A DNA stretch of 62,884 nt, filler included, from Basidiobolus ranarum (GCA_040143965.1; 30 parts of 30 records of this genome joined end to end with filler, not necessarily neighbours in it), one strand, 5' to 3'. Numbered from the whole stretch's first letter, positions 1-12,630 are shown. The notes: generated by a model not told the origin, from the sequence alone. Made by a program: numbers and translations.

Positions 1-187
1 CTATATAAGATATCCAAAATTGTATAGTACATCAAATATATATATATATATATATTTACCTTGTGATCAATTATTGAGGCATAATGCCAACACTCCAAAA
101 AAAAAAGGCACCTCTGTAACAGGACTTTGGCACAAACAAGCTATTACTCCTCACATCATACCAAAGAATTATTTAAAAGAGAAAAAA

Positions 188-259
188 TGCCTACTGCCGG
201 GATTGAACTGGCGACCTTCAGTTTACGAGACTGACGCGCTACCACTGCGCTAAGCAGGC
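188..259 (-). tRNA. tRNA-Thr(CGU): tRNA-Thr, anticodon CGU, intronless
   Basis: Reverse complement folds as a cloverleaf: acceptor GCCTGCT/AGTAGGC, D arm GCGC-AGTGGTA-GCGC, anticodon arm TCAGT-CTCGTAA-ACTGA, T arm GCCAG-TTCAATC-CCGGC (one A.C mismatch). A T6 Pol III terminator follows immediately. Confidence 0.93.
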
Positions 260-1110
260 TAGTACATTTGCTAAAAGTTTAATTATATCTCAAAAACAAC
301 GACAACTTTCCAGTTTTGTATTTATATCCTCAATTATGAGTACGTATCCTCAGTCCCATCAAGTCGTGCATAAACTTTGTAGCCTACAATTACTCAGACC
401 ATTATAAAAGCATAGTTACCCTGAAGTAGATGAATGTAACTTGACCGTATCTTGGAGCAATACTCACAAACTACTAAGTCTACCTTGAGCACAAATTGTA
501 GAACCAACCAGTATCTGTAACAAATGCTTCGAAGCATTAGAAAAGAATTGCTAATCTGCTACACTAAGTTTGAATTTGTAACACTCTCAAGGCCAACATA
601 AGTATGAAAGTTGCAAGGTCATTATATAGATATTAGAGTATAAGGCAGCATTCATGTACAAATCAACTTCTATATTGCTGTCGTAGGAATTGCTTGATAA
701 CCCTTCGATGATAATAACTGGATCTCCATACATAGCTTCAAGAAACCCTTGTTTGATAATCTCATCAGAAATAGAATATCGGATTGCTCCTAGTTCCAGA
801 TTTTCACCGAGGGTTACATTAATATAAATTCAACAGCATATCTCTAATGATAAAGGAGCAACTGTCTCTCTAGCCGAGTTCGTGGCATATATATGTTGCC
901 AGATATGATTAGATAAATGTATACCTTGATTCGGCCAACAAGCAAGAAAAAAATCTAGTAATCATGTCACAGATTTTTATACTCTATCTGATACAACCAA
1001 CCAGTTGCTTATGTATTGGTTGCAAACATCAAACTTGAAATTTCAGAAGATTTGTTAATATCGTTAGAATAGATAACGGTTATTACATATATATCAAGAT
1101 ATCAATTTAG

Positions 1111-1201
1111 TAAATTAGTATGCGCCAATACCACTATTCACAATCTAACAAAACAATTAATAAATTAGTATGCGCCAATACCACTATTCACAATCTAACA
1201 A
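1111..1201 (+). repeat. 41-bp direct repeat x2 (period 50)
   Basis: TAAATTAGTATGCGCCAATACCACTATTCACAATCTAACAA at 1111-1151 and 1161-1201. Confidence 0.95.
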
Positions 1202-2006
1202 CTTGCACCCATGTTGTCGGGTTGTGTGTTTATCCTACGATACTGGTGTGGAATTTCATGGTAGTCAACAATCGAGTGGCATTTCGATTCGTCAATTTGC
1301 TTAGTATTTAAAGCAGATATTGTATATTCTTATCAGTTGAAAAACTCCTGTGGTTTGCAGTTTATGAATTATGTTTTAATGGCATCTGGATACCTCAACT
1401 AGCTACATGCGTCAAGCTCTAGCAGGTTGAAAGCTATAAATCATAAAGCATAATATATTCCGGATAGGGTATTCCATCATCATAATTAAACCTGTACTCA
1501 GTGCATGTATTACTAATCGAATGTATATACTTATTGAACTATACTGGGTGAATAGTTGCAATAAATATATCTCCAATGGTGCGTTGGAAATTGAAAAATA
1601 TGCATGATGCAGGCAATTTGAGAGTGGAGCGCATCATCACTTCGATGGAGAGCAAGTCTACCGAATTTGGATATTCTGACCATTACTTTGCCACCTTATG
1701 ATATTATCAATTACATACAAGAAATACCCGAATAATTATTGATGAAGCGATGTATAGCGGGTCGGGTTTGGGGGGATTGCTTGACTCCTTCTTTCAAGTA
1801 TTTTTTTTATCAGGTATGTAATGTCGGAGAGTTTTATTCTCAAATGAATATTCGCCGATTATTCTCTTGTATTCGTTCATCCATCTAGGGATGACTGAAG
1901 CAGCCGATAAAGTGCTTAAGGTAGTAATCATCGATGCTGAGCAGTTGTGTCTATTCTTCTATATAAGTATTCACTCACACACCTGAATGTCAAACAGTTA
2001 TTTAGT

Positions 2007-2106
2007 NNNNNNNNNNNNNNNNNNNNNNNNNNNNNNNNNNNNNNNNNNNNTTAATTAATTAANNNNNNNNNNNNNNNNNNNNNNNNNNNNNNNNNNNNNN
2101 NNNNNN
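2007..2106. other. Artificial contig linker (first of 29; last at 60792-60891)
   Basis: Identical N44-TTAATTAATTAA-N44 spacer (stops in all six frames) every ~2.1 kb. The intervening contigs shrink monotonically from 2006 to 1993 bp. Confidence 0.99.
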
Positions 2107-2431
2107 TGTCTAAAAGTGTCAGTGGCTCCAAGGTGATCACTGACGCTGCTACTTGAACTTGATTTGCTCCTGCTACAAGGGGTGTGATATGATTCTCAAT
2201 TAGCCCAGCCACATGGTTCTCAGATATATAAATTTTTCAAACTAATGCTAGAAGCCCCAAACTTTGCACACATGTTCCTGAGATCTTCTTTAACATATTC
2301 TTCATGTTAGATTGGTTACATCTTGACAAAACTATGAATGTCAACTGAATACTCAATAAATCAATAAGTGAAACCCACCAATTCCTCCAATTCTCCAAAC
2401 CACTTCCAACAGGCTCCCAATTACTTTAACA

Positions 2432-3115
2432 GTAGATACTATAGTCAGCATTACTCTTTTGGAATTTGAGTGTTTCCAAAGAAGCATCTATCTTGCTATT
2501 CCAAGCTCTTGTAAATTGTTTTAAACCATAGAGTGTTTTCTGGAGTCTGCAAACCTTTTTAGGGTTTTCTGGGTCCACAAATCTGTCTGGCTGGTCCGTA
2601 TAGAGCACCTCAGCAAGCTCACCATTCAAAAAGGTAGTTTTAACATCCATTTGATGTACAATAAACTGATATTTAGCTAAAATTGCCAAAATCAACCTAA
2701 TTGAGGTAAACTTTGCTACAGGAGCAAAAGTTTCAATATAATTTTTTCCTGGTGCTTGGGAACAGCCTTTGGCCACTAGTCTAGCCTTGTACCTTTCTAT
2801 ATTGCCATCAGAGTTGTATTTAACTCTAAACACCCATTGGCTGCCAAATGATTTTCTATCATCAGGTAAATTGGTTATTATCTTAGTTTGACTATCAATC
2901 AAAGCTTGGTACTTATGAGCCATTGTGGATCTCCAAAATTTTGTAGGAGGGCCATTCAGGGCCTCTTTTACAGTCTGGGGCTTCTGTATTTGAGCTGTGC
3001 AGGCAAAGGCCCAATTTGGGCACTCATTGATATAGTAATCAGGGCTATTTCTGATCTGGTTTGATCTCCTGGTGTGGGATAAAGGTACTACAACTTCTGG
3101 CATTGTAGTGGACAC
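2432..3115 (-). mobile_element. Ty1/copia reverse transcriptase fragment (family A), interrupted on both sides by LTR-A copies
   Basis: Copia RT motifs QWVFRVKY, RYKARLVAKG, ETFAPVAK, HQMDVKTTFLNG, LYGLKQ. A partial LTR-A ends at 2431. Confidence 0.95.
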
Positions 3116-3462
3116 TGTTGAATTTAGCATTGCCTAAACACCTATATAGTCTTATATAACTTAGTAATTAGTTATCTTATAACTCACTAAGATATTATCA
3201 ATTATTCTCAATTGGAATTTACTTCAAATATTCTTACCGACTTAGAAGTTCTCAGATATATAGATTTTCAAACTTGTGCTAGAAGCCCCAATCCTTGCAC
3301 ACATGTTCCTGGGACCTTCCTTAACATATTCTACATGCTAGTTTGTTTATATCTTGACAAAACTATAAATGTCCACTTTCTACTCAATAAATTAATAAGT
3401 GAAAACCACCAATTCCTCTAATTCTCCAAACCACTTCCAACAGGCTCCCAAATACTTTAACA
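3116..3462 (+). mobile_element. Copia LTR-A (347 bp), 5' LTR
   Basis: TGTTGAA...TTTAACA, followed by PBS and gag. Other copies at about 19707-20053, 26499-26847, 31821-32167, 43060-43383 and 53034-53382 (-). Confidence 0.92.
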
Positions 3463-3474
3463 GGTTATGAGCCC
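3463..3474 (+). promoter_or_regulatory. Primer-binding site complementary to the anticodon arm of tRNAi-Met (half-tRNA priming)
   Basis: GGTTATGAGCCC directly after the LTR 3' CA. It is the reverse complement of GGGCUCAUAACC of fungal initiator tRNA, as in Ty5/copia hemiviruses. Confidence 0.9.
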
Positions 3475-4112
3475 CAAGCTTGCACTCTCTGAAATGTCTA
3501 CTTCTCAAATTTATGGAACTTTTCCTTCTTCTGAAAAATTGGATGGAACCAATTTTCAAGTTTGGAAACTTAAAATGAAAATGCTGCTGCAAGAAAAAGG
3601 ACTTTGGGACACTGTTGTAGGAAAAGAGAACAGTGCAAAATTATCTGAAACTGAAGTTTTACTCCAGGTTAAAAAAGAACAAAGTGCCTTCAACACAATT
3701 TGTCTTAATGTTAAAGACAAATTGCTAATTCAATGTTCAAGAGCTAAAACTGCCAAGAAGGTATGGAAAGCCTTGGAAGACACCTACCAAACAAGTTCTG
3801 CTGCCAACAAGATGTTTCTAAGAAGACAATTCTTTAACTTAAAGATGAAGCCAGGAAAAGACATTGAATCACTAATTAATAAAGTCACTATTTTAGTGGA
3901 TGATATGGAATATATTGGTACACCTACTACTGATCAAGATATCATAGTTACAGTCCTGAATAGCCTGCCACACAAGTTTCAGAGCCTAGTAATGGCTCTA
4001 GAATCAAGAACTGAAAATTTGACCTTAAATTATGTATTTGGCAGACTTCTGGATGAAGATTTACGCAAATCAGGACTCAACCAAAAGAATGAAGAAAATG
4101 CTTTAATAGGCT
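3467..4112 (+). CDS. Copia gag (family A), open, 3'-truncated by contig end
   Basis: KLDGTNFQVWKLKMKMLL..KGLW, TAKKVWKALE, LNSLP.KF motifs. The real start may be the second Met (3494). Confidence 0.9.
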
Positions 4113-4212
4113 NNNNNNNNNNNNNNNNNNNNNNNNNNNNNNNNNNNNNNNNNNNNTTAATTAATTAANNNNNNNNNNNNNNNNNNNNNNNNNNNNNNNN
4201 NNNNNNNNNNNN

Positions 4213-5007
4213 GAGTGATAATGGTGGGGAATACCGCTCTAAAGACTTTGCTAGTTTTTGCTCTAAACATGGAATTAGGCAACAAACTACTGAACCTTAT
4301 ACTCCACAGCAAAATGGAGTTGCAGAATGTGCTAATAGGACCATAGTGGAGATAGCCAGATCAATGTTACATGATCAATAGTTAGATTACCAATATTGTG
4401 CTGAATCTGTCTCCACTGCAGTCTATATCAAAGGCAGATGCCCAACAAGATTGCCACAAAACTCTACTCCATTTGAAGCTCTATATGGATTAAAACCATG
4501 TGTAGATCATCTCAGGATCTTTGGTTGCACAGCATACTGCCTAATTCCAGCTCAAAAATGCTCAAAATTGGAACCCAAAAGCAGAAAATGAACATTTCTT
4601 GGTTACTGTGATGGATCCAAGGCCTACAGACTGTTTGATACCAAAAATCAGAAGTTAATTACGTGCAGAGATGTGATTTTTGATGAAAAAGCATATTTTT
4701 GGCCTCAAATCACAGTCCTTGATCCAGAAAACACAATCAGCACTATTCAGGAAGTGTCTGACAAAATTCCAGCTGTATCTGAGCTCTATTCAACCAAATT
4801 TTCAGTCCCAATTGCATCAAAGGATGATTCAGAATACAGAAGATCATCCAGAAGGAGATATTAGCCAGGAAACTGGTGGAACACTTCTAATGATGATGTA
4901 TATGCTTAACCAGCATTCTGTGACAAGCCACAGACTCTAGATCAAGCTTTGGAGCGTCCAGAATCAAAATTATGAGAAAAAGCAATGTCAGATAAGTTTT
5001 CTTCACA
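4213..5007 (+). mobile_element. Copia integrase region (family B), degenerate, followed by LTR-B (-) at ~5008-5319
   Basis: SDNGGEY, PYTPQQNGVAE, FGC.AY, FLGYCDGSKAYRL, RDVIFDE, with in-frame stops. Confidence 0.9.
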
Positions 5008-5329
5008 TTGATAAAAGTGTTTAGGGGATTTGGAAGTGTTTTGGACAAGATTTGGATTTGTGAATTAAACACTTGAGTTTTATTGAATTGAATATGTCCT
5101 ATTTAAAGTTTACTATGAAATAGGACAATTTGATGTGTTTAGATCATTACAAACATGCCTGTTAAGCATGGGTGATAGTTTTAAGTGATTTGGAGAAGTT
5201 TGGAGAAAATAGTGAAAATGGGTAAAAGTGATTTTGAATGACAGAATTGAGTGCTAAATAATCAGAATATGAACAAACTAACTACTAAATAATGAGTTGC
5301 TGTTTATCTAATTTCAACATTCCTTTCAT

Positions 5330-6217
5330 GCTAGCAGGCTTTTGCTTGAAAGCCAATTTTGATTTAAACTTTGAACCCTTTTTGAATGGCATTGAAGTTT
5401 TCAAATAGTAAACTTGGAGTTGTACAATTACTTAGAAAGAGCTTACAATAAACCAAAACTGCCATTCATTACCAGAAATATGTTGTACGTCCCCTGATGA
5501 CTCATTGGCAACACCATCAGCAGATCTGCTGATGCTATCAATGGGCAATACCTAAATTAGCAACCTTGTGTATTAGGTGGTCATTTTTCTAAAATATCCT
5601 TCTCTTGCAGCAACACAAATGTTTAAAAAAGCCCTGCTATTATTGTCACAAATTCTTGTGCTATAAAAGCCAGAGGTTTCATAGGAAAAATAATCACAAG
5701 CATAGTCACTGTACAAAGCCACCAGCTGCACAAAGCCTGGTGAATATCTGCAGTACCAAGTGCGCAAAATTGACTTTAGCTTTGGCTTCTGAGTCCACTG
5801 GCTGCGCTTTGCCTCAAAGTTTTGGTAACACTGCCAAAAGTAAAGTTACTGTGGAGTTTCCACAGTTATATGACCAGAATGATGTAGGTAGAACTGCCAC
5901 TTTGGTCAAACCAATAAGTCCAGACAACTTTAAGGACATGCTGCTAGATTTTGGCCTTGTTATTCAAGTACTGATGGTAGTATATCCAAAGGTGATGAAG
6001 AAGAAAGTGGTTTTTGTTATTGGCAAGTATTAGTCCACTCATAACACTTACTGTAAAGGAAGCAGCTTTGATTGTTGAGGAGTGGAGAGTTCAATAAAGT
6101 CTTAGCAACCAGGTGTTGATTGGTTTTCTTACACTTTTAGCACAGTTGATTAGCAACTGTTGCTTGCCACAGACCTGGTACAAGTTGAAAACACTTGTCA
6201 CCTCTATGTCTTATAAT
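5330..6217 (+). mobile_element. CACTA/EnSpm-like element: intergenic region and transposase 5' end
   Basis: Colinear with 35744-36620 and 46776-47650. Confidence 0.85.
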
Positions 6218-6317
6218 NNNNNNNNNNNNNNNNNNNNNNNNNNNNNNNNNNNNNNNNNNNNTTAATTAATTAANNNNNNNNNNNNNNNNNNNNNNNNNNN
6301 NNNNNNNNNNNNNNNNN

Positions 6318-8322
6318 GTTTAGCAATTTTTCCAGCATTAGTTTGCTGGTAAAGCATATTGATTCTGTTGAGTTATGTCTAATCAGTTAAGTATGTGCAT
6401 ATGTAGAGACTAAACACAACAAGATTTTTGTACTTTTTGATTCTCATTATGGCTGGAATACAAAGCCTAAAATATCTAAATAAAGGCATGCATATTAATT
6501 TAAATTTCTACAGCAGTAAAAGCAGTAAACACAGTAATTTGCCATTCAAAAATTAAATTTTTGCACAAATTGCTGGTATTTGAATAATGCATGCCAAATT
6601 TGAGGATCAATATTTCAACATGTATGAATACTGTCAAGATACTGTCAAGAAACCACTGTTATGCCATTAAAATCCCTGGCAGAATGCAAGCTAGTGATAT
6701 TGTGATGGCTCTCTGATGGTTTTGCTATTTTGGAGGGTGGATCCAATCTGGATCAAATCAATTTTATTCTTGTTAGGGTTAATACAGCGTGGCACAATAT
6801 TGCAGGGTATCTGCCAGATAGCTGGAAGAATGTTGATTTAGCAATGTTAATACAATGATGGGCTTTGATGTAGATATTGGCACATACTTGTGTTAGGTAT
6901 GAGCCAAACCTGTGGTATGAAGAACTCTTTAAAAATATTCAGGAGAATATATCAAAGAGACTAGGGATTTCAAAGGTGACAAATTAGCATTCAAGTGGTA
7001 ATTGTGTAAAATATGAATTATGTTTTTTGCACATGTGTTGATCCATAGTTCTCTGAGATTTTAGCCAATCATTTGCAACACTTTTGCAAGATCTTGAAAT
7101 ATCACTCCTGAAACTGAAAAAATTTATTATAATCAAATCTAACTTGACTATTTTATGATGGTAAGTAAATGGTCAATCCCAAATGGATTGAAATCATGAT
7201 GGTTTTCCTACAATAACAATCCTCAAATTTCTGCTAGGGATTGGTTTGACAAAAGTTGCATTTCTACCTACATCATTCTGGTCATATTAATGTGGTAACT
7301 CCATGGTACTATGACTTTTGTCAGTGTTACAAAAACTTTGGGGCAAAGCACAGCTGGTGGACTCTGTAGGCAAAACTAAAGTCAATTTTGAACACTTATT
7401 ACTGTTGATAATCACCAAGCTTTGCACAGCTGGTGGCTTTATGCAGTGACCATGCTTGTGATTAGTTTTCTATGAAGCCTCCAGCTTTCATAGCAAAAGA
7501 ATTTGTGACAATAATAGCAGGGTTTGTTTAAATATTGCCTTTGCAGCATGAGAAGGATATGGTGGAAAAAAGAACACCTCCTACATAAGAGTGGTATTTT
7601 AGGTATATCCCCTCAATATCCTCAGCAGATTCTGAGACAAGGTCACTAATGAGTCATCAGGGGATTTAAAAGAGATTTCCAGTAATGCATGGCGTTTTTG
7701 GTATATTATAAGCTGATTCTAAGCAATCTCATACACCAAGTTTATCATCTGAAAGTTTCAATGCTATTCAAAAAGTATTTGAAACCTAAAACAAAATTGG
7801 CTTCCAAGCAAAGGCCTGCTGGCACAAAAGGAAAAAACTAGCAACAACAGAGGATTTAATTGATGAACAATCAAGTGATCTACTATCCTCTTTGGAAGGC
7901 ATTAACATGCTGGAAACTAACTCAAGTAATGATGAAGCATTAATCCACTTACCAGATATGTACCTTTTCAGCAATAGTTAAGCAAAGAGATTGTAATTTC
8001 CCAATTATGTAGCAAATCAATAGTTGAGCAAAGTTGAACAGAAACACCATCAAGACCATCAACTTCCAAGATGGCTACCTTGCCAACTACTGCACAACCC
8101 TCTATAGAAAATTTTGATATAATTATTACAACAAGGGAATTGTAGGCAGAACACCATATTGATTTGTTGGCAATCATAAGTAAAAACTACAGAGTTGCTA
8201 TACAGGCCATGACAAGCAATAATGCCACAATATTGCAATTCATGTAATGTTTGGAAGCAACTAGTCAACAGTTAGAGAGTGAGTCAACAATGATGCAAGA
8301 TCTTCACAATGCTATACTATAG
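6318..8322. mobile_element. Nested CACTA-like fragments: right end (to 6778), gene-2 3' part plus left end (to 7239), transposase 5' (-) and gene-2 5' (+)
   Basis: Termini TGTTAGGG (6771-6778) and TGCTAGGG (7232-7239). The segments match other CACTA copies in the window. Confidence 0.85.
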
Positions 8323-8735
8323 NNNNNNNNNNNNNNNNNNNNNNNNNNNNNNNNNNNNNNNNNNNNTTAATTAATTAANNNNNNNNNNNNNNNNNNNNNN
8401 NNNNNNNNNNNNNNNNNNNNNNCCAAAAGGAAAAACACCAGCAAGAACAGCGGACTTAATTGATGAACAGTCTAGCGATCCACTATCCACTTTGGAAGGC
8501 ATTAACATGCCGGAAACTAACTCAAGTAATGATAAACCCTAACAAAAAAAACTTGAATTGGTATTTCAAACTATTTTCTGTCTGTTTTATGATGGTATTA
8601 TGCTGGTATTGTGACAATATTGTTCTGGTTTTTCTATCAGTCATTTTTTCCTCCCATTTTCTTATGTTATTCCTACCCCTATATTTGTGTTTTCTCTGGT
8701 TTTCCTCTGGTATTAATTCCCATATTTTTCATAGG

Positions 8736-9389
8736 GAACTGGAAGAAGAAGATATTACGATCAAGAAAGTTCCACAGCCTAGTCAATATTTGCCAACCTG
8801 CAAAGTATTAAATTCATCATTGGGCCAAATCCTCAAAGCATCTATGAAGCCAATATTCATTGACAGTGTTGCTGCAGAGCTGAAACCAACAAAACCTATA
8901 GTTCCTAAACTCCAACCCAAATACTTGGCCTTTGCTGATGTTTTTGACAAGAAGAAAGCTAATATACTCCCAGCTCACTGGCCTTATGATTGCCCGGTAC
9001 ATCAACAAGATGGAATACAACCACCATATGGGCCTATTTGTAGGCTGACCCAGCTGGAACTCAATGTTCTCAAAGAGCAAATCACAGAACATCTGGAGAA
9101 AGGATTTATCCAACATCCAAAGTCTCCAGCAGGCTCTCTGATTTTGTTTGTTACAGAAAAGGATGGATCCTTCCATCTCCGTGTTGATTATTGAGGCCTA
9201 CATTGCATTACAGTCAAAAATTGAAACCCCTTGCCATTAATCAACTCACTCTTGGATCAGCTTTCGGCTAACAAGGTATTTAAAAAGATTGATTTAAGAG
9301 GTGCTTACAATCTTGTAAGAATCAAAACAGGAGACCAATGGAGAACTGCCTTTCAAACTTGCTGTAAACACTCTGAATACAATGTCATA
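8736..9389 (+). mobile_element. Ty3/gypsy (Tf2/chromovirus-like) pol fragment, RT N-terminus, degenerate
   Basis: FADVF, LPAHWPYDC, PPYGPI, KGFI..PKSPAG..ILFV.EKDGS.HLRVDY*, then [19 protein letters not shown]. Confidence 0.9.
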
Positions 9390-9785
9390 CCCTAACAGAA
9401 ATTTGAGGGTTGTTATTGTAGGAAAACCGTCACAATTTTAATCCATTTGGGATTGACTGTTTACTTACTGTCATAAAATTCTCAAGTCAGATTTGATTTC
9501 AATCAATTTTTTTAGTTGCAGAAGTGAAATTTCAAGATCTTGCAAAATAGTTGCACATGATTGGCTACAATCTAAGAGAACTATGGATGAACACATGTGC
9601 AAAAAACATAACTCAAATTTTACACAATTACCACTTGAATGCTAATTTGTAATCTTCAAAATCCCTAGTCTCTTTGATATATTCTCCTGAATATTTTTAT
9701 AGAGTTCTTCATACCTAAGGTTCATCTCATATCCAACATGAGTTTGTATCAATATCTCCATCAAAGCCCACCATTATATTAACAT
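9390..9785 (+). mobile_element. CACTA-like left terminus inserted in gypsy pol
   Basis: Starts CCCTAACAGAAATTTGAG. The same end occurs at 20500 and 60438 and, reversed, at 7239, 15657 and 44760. Confidence 0.85.
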
Positions 9786-10426
9786 TGTAGTGGGGTAGCA
9801 TTGATACCAACTGGCAGGTTGACTTATTTTCACTCTAAGCTCATATCATTACTATGCATAATTTCTATTTTATTATACATTTTTGACTTACCCATATTTT
9901 CTAGCCATACATATCACACCATTAATTTTATCCCCTATTATTTCAGGTTTATCAGTATTAACCCACATTACCCCTATTATTTTCTGGAAAATTCTACAAT
10001 CTTCCAGAACATTCCACCAGATTCTTGGAATACATGATGATTGATTGAGTTTTGATCAATCAAAACTTAGTTTTGCCAGAACATTCCGTGACTTTTTGGA
10101 TTATTCTATAACCTTCCATAACATTCCATGGATTACTAATCTTATGATTTATGATGATGTCATAACCCCACATTCCCATCAAAAGAGTTCTCTGGAACTT
10201 TCTGGAAATTCTCATTAGTAATCATATCTACCTTCAAAAAAGTATAAATAGGAGCCATATCTTTTCAAATAAAGATCATCCTGGTTTTAACTCACAATTA
10301 CTACTTGTGATCACCCCTTATTTTTGTCACTGCTTACAAGGCCTTTGAAGAGGAAGCTCAAGAGAGACTACTAGAGGCAGTTACAAGCTACTGTGTGACT
10401 AGAAAGGACTTGACCAGCTCAGAGGA
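9786..10426 (+). mobile_element. LTR-D (long LTR starting TGTAGTGGGG), truncated by contig end
   Basis: TG start and internal TATAAA. An inverted second copy at 16838-17147 ends at the same base with a different flank; a short piece lies at ~46092-46129. Confidence 0.75.
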
Positions 10427-10765
10427 NNNNNNNNNNNNNNNNNNNNNNNNNNNNNNNNNNNNNNNNNNNNTTAATTAATTAANNNNNNNNNNNNNNNNNN
10501 NNNNNNNNNNNNNNNNNNNNNNNNNNCCACATTATATTCCCTACTCAGTACATTGTGTTTCACCCTGCATTATCTATATAAGCCCCAGGTGTTCCTTGAT
10601 CAGATCTCATTCTGATCAGCACCAGTTATCAATAAAGATTCTTGCTAAAGTATCTTCCCTGTCCAGTTTTGTCTTGTCTTGTCTTATGGTCTACACCCAA
10701 GTACTCTCCTGCCTTCTAGCCTCTTGTCATTGTTTCCAGTCCTTGTCCAGTTCCTTATTGTGACA

Positions 10766-11497
10766 AGTAATATGTACAGATGCACCAGAGTCATTATATC
10801 TACAATTATAGTCAATAATTGCAGCCATAGCATATATAAACATAAAGTCCTGATTGGTTCTTTCATGGTAAGATTGCACTGTCTTGTGTTGCATATAAGC
10901 TTGCTTTCTGTAGCAGCTCTTGGCAATGTGCCCAGCCTTGTGTCAGTAGTGACTTAAAATTTCAATCTTCTTGTCAGAGTTCTTTGCACTACCAGAATGT
11001 TTGTTTGTACATAAAAACGCTCCTTCTCATGTTCAGTCCCACTTTCCAACTGTTTCTTCCCTTACTGAAATACTAAGAAGTAGGATGGGACTCTGTGAGC
11101 AGTATTTCATCTGCATGGTTAATGTATGAGAATCAGCCTTCTTGGAGAAATCATACAGTTCTCCCAGTAGATAAATATAACTGGTAATTACTTTGGTTTT
11201 GTAAAGGGTCTCCCAGACCTCAAAAGGTAACTCTACATTGAGCAAAAGATTCAGTTGAGCAATATCAAGGTTCATCATAAACACAGAAAGGGCTTGTTCT
11301 TACCTTATCTTAAAATCAGCCAGCTCCTTTGGCTTAGAGCCATCTGGTTGAGCTTCCACATCAGTAACAATTCTCCAAATTTTTTTCCCACAGAGCAGCA
11401 TATTCTTATGTTGAAGATCAGAAAGTCTTCATTAAAGCAGCTAATGTTTCTCACACAAGAGTTCATTTTTTGTGAATAGTCAAGGGGGCTCATAACC
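10766..11497 (-). mobile_element. Degenerate copia gag (fourth family) with PBS at 11486-11497
   Basis: GGTTATGAGCCC on the minus strand followed by a decayed gag N-terminus and a WETL motif. Confidence 0.65.
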
Positions 11498-12630
11498 AGA
11501 TGGCAGTATATGGATGAATATTGATATTAGGATGTTAATATAGGTATGGAATGATACTGAGGAGAAAAGTACTTATTTAAAAAGGTTTGCAGATGCCCAT
11601 TATATTCTACATTTCCTTGATCAGATGAAAAGATGACTCACAAAATGATTAGTAATTATTTTATAAAAATAGACTGGCCAAGACATTATAAATTGACTTG
11701 TCACCTGCCAAGGCATATATTCCAATCCTTCCTAAGTATGGCACTTGTCAAGATCCTAATCTAACTTATTACCAATTATAAATAGAGCTTTATTGTAGGC
11801 TAATCCTATTTATAAGCTGCAATAAAAAATAACACTGACCAAAATAACTAACTACTAAACTAACTAAGCATATTACTACAATTTGGAAAATATTTAGATT
11901 TGTGCATTAAATACTGATGATTTATTGTATTGAATATGACCAGTTTTAGTTTTCTTTGCTGTAGAACTATTAGACAGGCCAATATTACAGGAAAGATGGC
12001 CATAAAGCAAGGGTGAAGATTCAAGATAAATTTGAAAAAACTATAAAAATGAGCTATTCAAGGAGAATGACTAAGTTGAGAATTAGTATAACCCATACAT
12101 CAGCCCCAATATTTTGATGGTAGTGACTTTGGCTCAATCTTTGCAGGTCCTGCTAGTCCTAGGGCTAATTACCAAGTTAGTGAAATAGGCACAACAAAGG
12201 AAGGATGGACAATGGTATCCCACTTCAGCAACAGAGGTTCTAATAGGCTTATGCCAATTGCATCAGAATTAACCCTTGGCTTAAATAACCATGGATAGGA
12301 TATTTTCTTTATTCTATTGGTTGTACCCTGATTTGTAAAAATTTTAATCTAGAAATCTGCCAAATATATAAATTAAGGTCATAATTTCAGTTCTTGATTC
12401 TAGAGCCATTACTTGGCTGTGAAACTTGTGTGGCAGGCTATTCAGGACTGTAACTATGATATCTTGATCAGTGGTTGGTACTCCAATGCATTCCATTTCA
12501 TCCACTAAAATAGTGACTCTATTAATTAGTNNNNNNNNNNNNNNNNNNNNNNNNNNNNNNNNNNNNNNNNNNNNTTAATTAATTAANNNNNNNNNNNNNN
12601 NNNNNNNNNNNNNNNNNNNNNNNNNNNNNN

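Noticed and set aside
20-253. 77-aa ORF, and the many short ORFs antisense to TEs, PEX5 and the LysM gene
   Set aside because: Shadow frames over the tRNA or real coding strands.
2051-2062. TTAATTAATTAA recurring at regular spacing, like an array
   Set aside because: Artificial linker embedded in N runs. ORFs ending in X...LIN are artefacts.
3467-3469. Gag translation starting at the ATG inside the PBS as a general rule
   Set aside because: In family C that ATG hits a stop after five codons, so the downstream ATG is the more consistent start.
8537-8735. ~200-bp MITE with CCCTA...TAGGG ends
   Set aside because: Left and right flanks belong to different elements, there is no TSD and it is single-copy here.
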